Shown here: positions 1 to 6,842 of the stretch, piece by piece
Layout: each line of letters opens with the position of its first letter
Numbering within the stretch: position 1 is the first letter of the stretch
DNA from: a virus
Taxonomy: Duplodnaviria; Caudoviricetes
Virus record (IMG/VR): IMGVR_UViG_3300012167_000093
Coordinates: 1 to 26,435 of that record
Length of the DNA stretch: 26,435 nt
Direction: 5' to 3' (one strand)
Program-made: the position numbers and the translations under genes
The notes under the pieces: model-generated
What the model saw: only the letters and a program-made list of their open reading frames with translations
What the model was told of the DNA's origin: nothing
The model's database searches: none

Positions 1-1629
1 CAAGTCTTGATAGAGAATCTCTTGCACGTCCTTGTGATGCGCGAAGATGCAGATTTTACGGTCTGTATCCTCAATGAATTCGCTCACGTATTCCATCGTT
101 GCCGGAATCTTGGCCAACGCTACAATCCGCCGCATCTTTGCCATAGCAGCGATGATTGCCATGCCGCCTAATTCCTCGGTCTGCTGTTCGTACCACTTGA
201 CGAACTCATCTACTGCCGCATCGTAATTCTGCTCCTCCTGCTCCGTCATTACAACATTCAGTTTCGTCCTGTTGACGAGCGGTAGTTCAGGCAATACTTC
301 GGTCCGCTCGCGACGAATACACAAGTCTTTCGTGTATTCCTTGAATGCTGGAATGTTACGAATTCCCGCTTCCTTCTCATACGCGCCAACGTAATACGTG
401 TCAACCCAACGTCGGCGGAAACCTTCTGCAGAATTGAATTTAACAGGGTCCATCATGTTGAACACGGGGAACAGTTCTGAACCTCTGTTGTTCCAAGGTG
501 TGCCAGAGAGAGGGATTACTTTCCTGTCGCGAACTACGCGCCGCACCATCTGAGTGCGCGAGCTGTCAACATTCTTAATCTGCTGACATTCGTCCAACAC
601 AACACACTTAATGCCAACACGGTCGAACTGCGAGATATCGAATCCGCTGTTGACTTTTGTGCCGTTCTTCAGAGTGCGCGACTTCGGCACCAGCATGTCG
701 TAGCCGATGATGTAGTGCTTCAGACCAGGAATGAGCCAATCCTTCGACGTGTTCACTACCTGAGGCACGTGCTCGTCACCCATCCAGTAGAGAATGAATG
801 ATGAAGTCTGATACTTGAGCGCGCTCTTGACAACCCACAATGTTGGGCTAAGTGTCAGCTGATTGAAGTAGATTACTCCTCCCGCTTGGATTGTTTTTCC
901 GAGGCCCATCTCATCGAAACACGCCGCACCCTTGTTTACAGACAATCCCGCTTCGAGGAACTTCATGCCCTCGATTTGAAAGTCGTATGGACGATAGCGA
1001 TTGCAAAGGATACAGTGGTTTTTATCCCATGTGTGCTGACATGTAGGGTCACCACCCATCTGGAACGTGTGGAACGGGGTTCCTTTGGGGATATACTTGA
1101 CCATCATGTGGCCACATTCCAACGTGATAAACTTCATATCAGGTTGGTCGTCACCCGGCATCGTCATAGTGCTTTCGGATGCCATTTTGGCGACTTTGCC
1201 ACATACGTTACACTTATCCTGAAGCCGTGTAACGGTGTATCGAGGTGTGCGGATTACCTGTGTGTCGAAGGTCACCTCCACATCCGCGCCACTACGTATC
1301 GCGTCAATGATGTGTGGGTCGAGTGACAGGTTAGAGCATGGGAGAGTGTTGTCGCATCCTACTTCACGCGCCTTCGTAGCCCATGTCTCATTGTGTGCAT
1401 GGCCCGGCCCAACGAGTGCGTGTGCAATCTCGTGTAGGATTGTATTCTTTACATCCTCAGTCGGATGTATGTCGATGTGGTGGGCGGACAATATGATACA
1501 CTTGTCCTTATAGGAGCACAAGCCGAGGAATTTACTGTCGGGATTTTGATTCAGGCGCACGGACCAGTCTGTAAGTCCATGCTCATTCATCTTGTCCCGC
1601 AGATATTGTGACGCTTCTTGCCGTGTCAT
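1..1629 (-). CDS. SprT-like Zn metalloprotease + Cys/His clusters + SNF2-family helicase fusion (truncated at window start; not in ORF track)
   Basis: Manual translation from ATG at 1629 (SD AAAGGA upstream) is open to base 1. MTRQEASQYLRDKMNEHGLTDW...FLGLCSY...NTILHEIAHALVGPGHAHNETW is a SprT-type HExxH..H motif. It is followed by CNVC..CGH and CQH..HCILC, then SNF2 motifs FDEMGLGKTIQA (Walker A), VVLDECQQIKN (Walker B), LSGTPWNN (motif III) and KICIFAHH (motif IV). Confidence 0.92.
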   Translation of the reverse strand, partial: MTRQEASQYLRDKMNEHGLTDWSVRLNQNPDSKFLGLCSYKDKCIILSAHHIDIHPTEDVKNTILHEIAHALVGPGHAHNETWATKAREVGCDNTLPCSNLSLDPHIIDAIRSGADVEVTFDTQVIRTPRYTVTRLQDKCNVCGKVAKMASESTMTMPGDDQPDMKFITLECGHMMVKYIPKGTPFHTFQMGGDPTCQHTWDKNHCILCNRYRPYDFQIEGMKFLEAGLSVNKGAACFDEMGLGKTIQAGGVIYFNQLTLSPTLWVVKSALKYQTSSFILYWMGDEHVPQVVNTSKDWLIPGLKHYIIGYDMLVPKSRTLKNGTKVNSGFDISQFDRVGIKCVVLDECQQIKNVDSSRTQMVRRVVRDRKVIPLSGTPWNNRGSELFPVFNMMDPVKFNSAEGFRRRWVDTYYVGAYEKEAGIRNIPAFKEYTKDLCIRRERTEVLPELPLVNRTKLNVVMTEQEEQNYDAAVDEFVKWYEQQTEELGGMAIIAAMAKMRRIVALAKIPATMEYVSEFIEDTDRKICIFAHHKDVQEILYQDL

Positions 1630-1659
1630 AGTATGTCGTCCTTTCGGATTCGACTGTTG

Positions 1660-2325
1660 TTAGATGAGGCCCATCAACTCCGCGAAATGCTTTGCCGCGC
1701 CTTCCGCCGAAAGACCTTTCGACACAATGATGGACTGGACCTGCGCGGCAGGAACCCCATACTTTTTCGCCGCAGCATACACCGCAGCTTTGTCGAATGT
1801 GACCTTACGTGATGGTCCGGCAGGTGTAACCGTCTTAACTTTCTTCGATGGCGCGTCAGGCTTGTAATTGATGTTGTGCAGCTTGAATTTCGCTTGCTGG
1901 TCTACACGCAGCTTCGCGACGGTTTTCTGCGTGTTTTCGAGCCACATGTATCGCTCGTTTTTCAGCTTGATTACCGCTTGCTCCGCCTCGAAGATTACAG
2001 GATTCAATTTCTCGATGCGCTCCGCAGCCAATTCCGCGACCTTGTAATTCTTCTGGTCCGCTGGAATTGAATCGTCATTCATTACAGCCGCTTCCAATTC
2101 GACGAATGATACTGTCGCCGCATTGAAGATGTCTGCTTTCAGTTCGATTGACGCATCGATTTTGCGCGCTACATCGATTGTCTGTTGTGCCGTGATAGTG
2201 CGCGCTTCCTTTGCTGCGCATTCCGCGCATTGCATCATGCCCGCATCAAACTTGGACTGTGTGAGCATTACATCCGTGGTGGGACAGCAATCGCAGTCGC
2301 CTTTACGTGTAGTATGGTTCAACAT
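1660..2325 (-). CDS. hypothetical protein, N-terminal Zn-ribbon (CDCC...CAEC), helical middle, basic C-terminus
   Basis: 221-aa ORF abutting the upstream gene's stop (TAA-ATG), co-directional with its neighbours. Confidence 0.8.
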   Translation of the reverse strand: MLNHTTRKGDCDCCPTTDVMLTQSKFDAGMMQCAECAAKEARTITAQQTIDVARKIDASIELKADIFNAATVSFVELEAAVMNDDSIPADQKNYKVAELAAERIEKLNPVIFEAEQAVIKLKNERYMWLENTQKTVAKLRVDQQAKFKLHNINYKPDAPSKKVKTVTPAGPSRKVTFDKAAVYAAAKKYGVPAAQVQSIIVSKGLSAEGAAKHFAELMGLI

Positions 2326-2523
2326 TTATACGCCTACTTTCCGGTTGATGACCGTTTCACCGAATGAGTGCGCGCTAATGAATCTCTCACGCGCCGTCAG
2401 ATGATGATACGTGCATGAGCCTACACGATTCGTGACCGTCTCGGCATTAGGCGTGACTACGTTAGCAGGATACTTCCGAACCCGCTTGATGCGCTTACAG
2501 ACTGTGCAGTAGAACCTTTTCAT
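2326..2523 (-). CDS. small basic Zn-finger-like protein (CTVC...CTYH)
   Basis: 65-aa ORF with CCGAAAGGAC SD upstream. Confidence 0.75.
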   Translation of the reverse strand: MKRFYCTVCKRIKRVRKYPANVVTPNAETVTNRVGSCTYHHLTARERFISAHSFGETVINRKVGV

Positions 2524-2541
2524 GATGCTGTCCTTTCGGAA

Positions 2542-2784
2542 TCAGAATTCGTAGGTGTCTGTGATGCCAACTAGTAGCGTCGGCCATCCCAGGATACGTG
2601 CAGCGAATACAATCTCATCGCCCCACGCATCACGGTCGAATACGAGGAATTTATCCTCGTGTGGATGAACCTGCAACGGCTCAATCTGGCCCTGCTTTTC
2701 CAACACGCGGACCATCTTGCGAACCATAGCTGGTTTCGCATCATGTAGGGGAATTACTTGGTCGATTGGAACCACGCGAATCAT
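2542..2784 (-). CDS. small ParB/Srx N-terminal-like domain protein (degenerate)
   Basis: VPIDQVIP...LEKQGQIEPLQV...AARILGW follows the ParB_N pattern, but the GxxR motif is not retained; CCGAAAGGAC SD upstream. Confidence 0.6.
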   Translation of the reverse strand: MIRVVPIDQVIPLHDAKPAMVRKMVRVLEKQGQIEPLQVHPHEDKFLVFDRDAWGDEIVFAARILGWPTLLVGITDTYEF

Positions 2785-2867
2785 GTAGTCCGTCCTTTCG
2801 GTATCGGTTAGTGCCGCTACATGTAAGGGATTACATGTAACCCGGTCAGGGCTTGCGCCGGACCTCG

Positions 2868-2896
2868 ATTTTATCAGGTGGCCGGGAGGATGTCAA
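2868..2896 (-). promoter_or_regulatory. sigma70-type promoter, leftward
   Basis: Minus strand reads TTGACA (2896-2891), 17-bp spacer, TAAAAT (2873-2868), with an extended -10 TG. Confidence 0.8.
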
Positions 2897-2932
2897 GGGG
2901 TCGTAAGTCGTTGACTGGTAAGGGGTTACGGG

Positions 2933-2974
2933 TGGACCCCTAGGCGACCTATGCCTAGGCAACCTAGGGGTCCA
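2933..2974. terminator. inverted-repeat hairpin after the 2991..3242 gene (possible terminator or processing site)
   Basis: TGGACCCCTAGG (2933-2944) / CCTAGGGGTCCA (2963-2974), perfect 12-bp arms; no clear U-tract on the minus strand. Confidence 0.5.
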
Positions 2975-2990
2975 ATTTACATGTAATTTC

Positions 2991-3242
2991 CTACTTCATT
3001 TGTGGCTTCATGTTGGTGTATAGCCGTGTAAGTTCGTCAACCTGTTTCTGTGGCATGATGTAGACTATTTCCTTATCAATCATGCCAGCCGCGCAGAACT
3101 GTGACATTACATCATCTAACTGATTTCCGCTTTCACAATGCATCCACATTTTCCTCAATAACATGGACCTACTGATTCTGTGTGTTTCCCTGTTTAAGAA
3201 TTCTTCAAGTATTGCCTTTTTCAGTTCTCTGTCCATAATCAT
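2991..3242 (-). CDS. hypothetical protein, possible winged-helix
   Basis: 83-aa ORF with ATGA overlap with the upstream gene; ISRSMLLRK...LDDVMSQFCAAGMIDKE suggests a wHTH. Confidence 0.65.
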   Translation of the reverse strand: MIMDRELKKAILEEFLNRETHRISRSMLLRKMWMHCESGNQLDDVMSQFCAAGMIDKEIVYIMPQKQVDELTRLYTNMKPQMK

Positions 3243-3592
3243 TCTCCCATGATGCGGCGATACTGTTCAATCTGCGCCATTGTCACACTGAATGCGTCCA
3301 CTCTATCTCGTGCCGCGATTTTCAAACGAATATCCAATTCGTCATCAACCTCTTTCTTCTCATCCGGTGTTCTACAGTCGATACACATGGGCAACTCATC
3401 CTGAATTGCGCGTGCGTCCAACTTAAAGTCCTCACTACATCCCCAACACACCGACATCCTCCCCTCGATTGTATCCTCCACATTACGTGGAAGGAAGTGT
3501 TCACAATAGTCGAGCGCGCACCTCCAACCTACGTTGAATTTGCTTAATCGTTGATATCTGTATTTGTGCGTGTGCTTTGTACGTTTGCCCAT
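3239..3592 (-). CDS. Cys/His-rich Zn-finger protein
   Basis: HTHKY...CALDYCEH...CWGC...CIDC; ATG at 3592 preferred over TTG at 3610, start uncertain. Confidence 0.7.
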   Translation of the reverse strand: MGKRTKHTHKYRYQRLSKFNVGWRCALDYCEHFLPRNVEDTIEGRMSVCWGCSEDFKLDARAIQDELPMCIDCRTPDEKKEVDDELDIRLKIAARDRVDAFSVTMAQIEQYRRIMGE

Positions 3593-3635
3593 TACATGTA
3601 ATGTACCCAAAATCGGGCACCCCTCCCTCCCCCTC

Positions 3636-3665
3636 AGTGTACCATATCGGAGCGTTAGGTGTCAA
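3636..3665 (-). promoter_or_regulatory. sigma70-type promoter, leftward
   Basis: Minus strand reads TTGACA (3665-3660), 18-bp spacer, TACACT (3641-3636), with an extended -10 TG. Confidence 0.65.
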
Positions 3666-3689
3666 GGGGATGTCCTCGGGATGCTACAT

Positions 3690-4030
3690 GATGGATTACA
3701 TTTAATTATTACATGTAAAAAAAAAAAAATAAAAAGAAGAAGAAGAAAGAACCTTCAAATCCTTGACCGTCAAGAAACCGTCATGTAGCGCCCCATATAC
3801 CTGTAGGGAGAGGGAGAGGGGTGTCATCACTATGGGACATTACATGTAAGAATCGCGCACATAAATTACATGATGCTCTTTCTTACGCTGGATGATACAA
3901 TAGGTCACTTGACCTAAATGTATTTGAGCATGTGGAAATTACGCACATAAATTACATGTGGGTTGTTTTTTATATGTTGGATTGTGATGTAGTGCGCACA
4001 CATTTGCGCACATTATGCGCACATTATGGA
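3690..4030. repeat. AT-rich non-coding repeat tract (possible origin or genome-end region)
   Basis: Poly-A/purine run 3717-3750; CGCACATAAATTACATG twice (3856-3872, 3942-3958); TGCGCACATTA tandem (4005-4026); palindromes CTTGAC-c-GTCAAG and TAGGTCA-ct-TGACCTA (3901-3916). Confidence 0.7.
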
Positions 4031-4140
4031 CCCCAGGCTCATGGGGCGGCAGGGTGCCGAGCCGAGCGCGGGTCCAGGTCGAGGGGCGAGATGCAAGGCC
4101 CATGCCGTAGTGACATGGCGCGGACCTTGCATGTAGGGGA

Positions 4141-4323
4141 TTAGCTGGCGCGGCGTTCGATACGCTGCCTGTCGCGGTTCGAGCGGACATACTCGATACG
4201 CTCGATAATGAGTCTTACCGCTTCGTCATACGTGACACCGTATGATGTCAGAACGCGAACGCCTTTCCTTAGGCGTTTGAATTCTGAAACGCTCAGATTC
4301 AGAATGTTATACGTCCAATTCAT
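4141..4323 (-). CDS. hypothetical protein
   Basis: 60-aa ORF with GAGGT SD, followed by hairpin 4091-4132. Confidence 0.65.
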   Translation of the reverse strand: MNWTYNILNLSVSEFKRLRKGVRVLTSYGVTYDEAVRLIIERIEYVRSNRDRQRIERRAS

Positions 4324-4380
4324 TTGGCTACCTCAGTTTGGGGAAGTGGGCCAGTCTGTGGAAGCACTGGCCCATGCGGA

Positions 4381-4614
4381 CTAGTTCACGGTGTGCGGCA
4401 GGTTGTAAAGCCTGTCGAGTTCGTCGAGTTTCGCGGACTCGATAAGGGCATACACCGAGACCATTGCCTGCCGCGCGGTCAGCCCCTCGACCTGCAAGCG
4501 GTCGACCGCCAACATGATACCAGCGCGGAGCGATTCCGACTGCTCCTGATACCATGCGGCCCATGTTGCGGGTGTGAGCGCGATAAGTTCTTCGTGCGGT
4601 ATGCGGTTCTTCAT
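4381..4614 (-). CDS. hypothetical protein
   Basis: 77-aa ORF with GAGGTAGGA SD, followed by hairpin 4347-4374. Confidence 0.7.
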   Translation of the reverse strand: MKNRIPHEELIALTPATWAAWYQEQSESLRAGIMLAVDRLQVEGLTARQAMVSVYALIESAKLDELDRLYNLPHTVN

Positions 4615-4686
4615 GTTCCTACCTCGTAGTTGGCTTACTGTTAGTCCCTACCCCATCGTATGGACTGGGGTAGGGTGTCGGTCTTA

Positions 4687-5052
4687 CTAGTCGGCCCAAA
4701 CAAGGCCCAGTGTCTTTGCAGCAATCTCCCGCGCTTCCGCGTGAGTGTATTTCTTGCTGGTCATCAACACCTTGTGCATGTCCTTCAAGCGGACCTGCTC
4801 ATTGTTCTCTGCTGTTGGCCGCACGTAACCCGCTTCCTTGAGAGCGAGTGCCAATGCCTGTTGCCGAGCATTGTTCTTGGCCTCGTTGTCGCGGACTGCG
4901 CGTTGTTCCTCTGTGGTCAACGCTGCGTTCGGCGTTGCGAGAAACTCCGCGTCATTCTCGTATGTCTTCCACGAGAATTCATACGTGATGGGCTCAGGAA
5001 GTGCAACCGTCCACGCGGTCTTGGCTTCCGCTACATCCTTTTGGTCAATCAT
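4687..5052 (-). CDS. hypothetical protein (first gene of the leftward arm)
   Basis: 121-aa ORF with strong GGAGGT SD, followed by hairpin 4646-4675. Confidence 0.8.
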   Translation of the reverse strand: MIDQKDVAEAKTAWTVALPEPITYEFSWKTYENDAEFLATPNAALTTEEQRAVRDNEAKNNARQQALALALKEAGYVRPTAENNEQVRLKDMHKVLMTSKKYTHAEAREIAAKTLGLVWAD

Positions 5053-5069
5053 GTTCTCACCTCCCTCCC

Positions 5070-5240
5070 GTGACCTGTAGTCGCGTTAATCTCGTTTGGG
5101 GTGTCGCGTCACCGCGCCGACCCTCGATATTTGCCCTTCGGGCTGTCAACTTGCGACTCCGTGGCGGGCAAGGAGAGAATACCACAGCCACGGTAGAAAG
5201 GGGAACAATCTCATAACTAGATTGTTGCCTTGTGACCTGC
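5070..5240 (-). ncRNA. candidate structured 5' leader or ncRNA
   Basis: Stems: 5079-5084/5153-5158 enclosing CGCG-GTGA-CGCG (GNRA loop on minus strand) and GCCC-GAA-GGGC; 5159-5165/5187-5193; 5204-5211/5219-5226. Confidence 0.4.
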
Positions 5241-5338
5241 CAAAAGTAGTCCAGGCTACATGTAGGCCGCCGGCTCCTACCATGCCAGCCGCCCCCGTGT
5301 CAAGCGTTATCTTTGTCCGACTCATGGGCACCAGTCCA

Positions 5339-5367
5339 AGTATGACAGGTCGCGGCCTCGAAGTCAA
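5339..5367 (-). promoter_or_regulatory. putative sigma70-type promoter, leftward
   Basis: Minus strand reads TTGACT (5367-5362), 17-bp spacer, CATACT (5344-5339), with an extended -10 TG. Confidence 0.5.
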
Positions 5368-5408
5368 GAGAAAAAAAAATGTTCTTTATTTTTTTTTTCT
5401 CTTGACTT
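5361..5408. repeat. perfect 19-bp inverted repeat with A/T tracts
   Basis: AAGTCAAGAGAAAAAAAAA (5361-5379), 10-nt loop, TTTTTTTTTCTCTTGACTT (5390-5408). Confidence 0.9.
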
Positions 5409-5626
5409 TTCGGCACACGTGTGGTAGGCCGGTATACCCATGATATTCGACGCTTGACAAACTTGCTCAAGTCGGATTGTAGCAATCGCATGTGTCAGGG
5501 TAATTACATGTAATTGAGCCTCCTGATAAATGGGTCCCATATAAAGAGTCTCATACATGTAATGAACCGGAATACATGGTCCCATCCAGTGACCCGATCT
5601 GATTGAAAACAAAGGAGATAGACCAC

Positions 5627-5655
5627 TTGACGGGAGGATCGATCCGTGCTAGAAT
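5627..5655 (+). promoter_or_regulatory. sigma70-type promoter of the rightward operon
   Basis: TTGACG (5627-5632), 17-bp spacer, TAGAAT (5650-5655), with an extended -10 TG, 24 nt before the ATG at 5680. Confidence 0.8.
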
Positions 5656-5679
5656 TCCTACCGACCCCGGAGTACAGTT

Positions 5680-6258
5680 ATGCCGATAGGACTAGTAGAC
5701 GATGATGCTTTTCTTAAAGAGTTGGACAATACAACTGACAGAAAAGAGTCTCATCAGAAAGAGTCTCATGCTGTCATTGTAGAGAAACCAACACGTGGGA
5801 GAAGTGATGGCGACGTAAATGTACCCGATAGTCTGCGCGCACTCATAGGTGAGGAGAGTGTAATCAACGGCAGACAATCGGCATTAGAATTCGCAGCAGA
5901 GTTTGGAATCAGCGCGTCTAGTGTGTCGGCATACGCTAAGGGCGCAACATCCACCACATCATACGACTCTCCTTCCAAATCCATCATAGGCCACATCAAC
6001 AAGTCACGGCAACGAGCGATTAAACGTGCCGGCAGGACATTGAACGGCGCGTTGGAAGCAATCACTCAGGAAAAGCTGGACTACGCAGATGCTAAGGACT
6101 TGGCAGTAATTGCTAAGAATATGTCAGGCATCATCAAGGATCTTGAGCCTCCTCAGGTTCAGTCAGAATCTTCTGATAGTAAAACTCCCCAGTTCGTAAT
6201 CTTCGCACCCACATTCCGTTCGGAATCCTCATTTGAAGTAATCGACGTAAAGGAGTAG
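5680..6258 (+). CDS. putative terminase small subunit (HTH protein)
   Basis: First gene of the packaging operon; HTH-like ALEFAAEFGISASSVSAYAKG, two long helices and a C-terminal beta-strand (PQFVIFAP), a typical TerS layout. Confidence 0.55.
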   Translation: MPIGLVDDDAFLKELDNTTDRKESHQKESHAVIVEKPTRGRSDGDVNVPDSLRALIGEESVINGRQSALEFAAEFGISASSVSAYAKGATSTTSYDSPSKSIIGHINKSRQRAIKRAGRTLNGALEAITQEKLDYADAKDLAVIAKNMSGIIKDLEPPQVQSESSDSKTPQFVIFAPTFRSESSFEVIDVKE

Positions 6259-6264
6259 GACAAA

Positions 6265-6486
6265 GTGCCTATCGATAAACCCTACGCATATCACAAGCCA
6301 AGCGCGCATGGATTAGAGGCAATCACTAGATTGAGAGAAGTGTTCAGTCAGGTGGAACAAGTAATCAAGGAAGTATGCCCACCATCACGTCACACATCTC
6401 TCGCTGTGACAAACAATGAACAGACTGCGATGTGGGCAATTAAAGCAGTAGTGTTCAATGACCCAGAGTCAGAAGTGGAGACATAA
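6265..6486 (+). CDS. Acb2/Tad1 hairpin-domain-like protein (candidate nucleotide-signal sponge)
   Basis: YAYHKP...EVCPPSRHTSLAVTNNEQTAMWAIKAV resembles the Tad1 hairpin (SRENACALTHVEEALMW) and related YH.P...CP.SRE.SLA.T.LE...MWA proteins; GTG start with AGGA SD. Confidence 0.7.
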   Translation: MPIDKPYAYHKPSAHGLEAITRLREVFSQVEQVIKEVCPPSRHTSLAVTNNEQTAMWAIKAVVFNDPESEVET

Positions 6487-6824
6487 TGGCAGTATCCAAG
6501 TTAGCACTAATCACCTTCATGGAAGGTGGAGAACCAGTAGATCCATCATACGGTGTGCCGGGTTATGGTGGCGGTCGCCCAGACAACAGTCTACCGGGAT
6601 ATGGTAGACCAGACAACTCACTACCAGGTGGTGGACATGCAATCACACTACCAGTGTATCCATTCGATCCTACACTAGGTCCAGACAATAGTCTGCCTAC
6701 ACCTCCCGTTACAACGTGGCCTCCACGTCCGGGTGGTAAGTTTGTCGTCAAGTGGCTCGCGTGTTCAGGTCTGATCCTTGTGCCTGACAATGAATTGCCT
6801 GATTCAGGCGCGCAACCCAAGTAG
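6486..6824 (+). CDS. Pro/Gly-rich protein with PDNSLP repeats
   Basis: TAATG coupling; PDNSLP three times plus PDNELP. Confidence 0.8.
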   Translation: MAVSKLALITFMEGGEPVDPSYGVPGYGGGRPDNSLPGYGRPDNSLPGGGHAITLPVYPFDPTLGPDNSLPTPPVTTWPPRPGGKFVVKWLACSGLILVPDNELPDSGAQPK

Positions 6825-6842
6825 TTGAAAGGGAGATGAGAG

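Larger units (their letters stand above)
2818..5561. repeat. dispersed palindrome TACATGTA, 9 copies
   Basis: Copies start at 2818, 2832, 2978, 3593, 3710, 3841, 5257, 5505 and 5554; most extend to TTACATGTAA and one to AATTACATGTAATT (5502-5515). Confidence 0.9.

Noticed and set aside
886-2404. Plus-strand ORFs in the track (886..1326, 1235..1513, 1618..1812 and others)
   Set aside because: They are antisense shadows of the minus-strand helicase and neighbouring genes, which have clear motifs and SD sites
3564-4190. ORFs 3564..3788, 3932..4144 and 3939..4190
   Set aside because: They run through poly-A, tandem repeats and hairpins, lack convincing SD sites and look non-coding
5070-5240. 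tRNA or known riboswitch
   Set aside because: No T-loop GTTCRA, cloverleaf or aptamer consensus that I can recognise; kept only as an unknown structured element
5454-5482. TTGACA at 5454 as a rightward promoter
   Set aside because: No acceptable -10 hexamer at 16-18 bp spacing
2818-5561. TACATGTA and other repeats as a CRISPR array
   Set aside because: The repeats are only 8-17 bp and irregularly spaced, with no constant-length spacers and no cas genes
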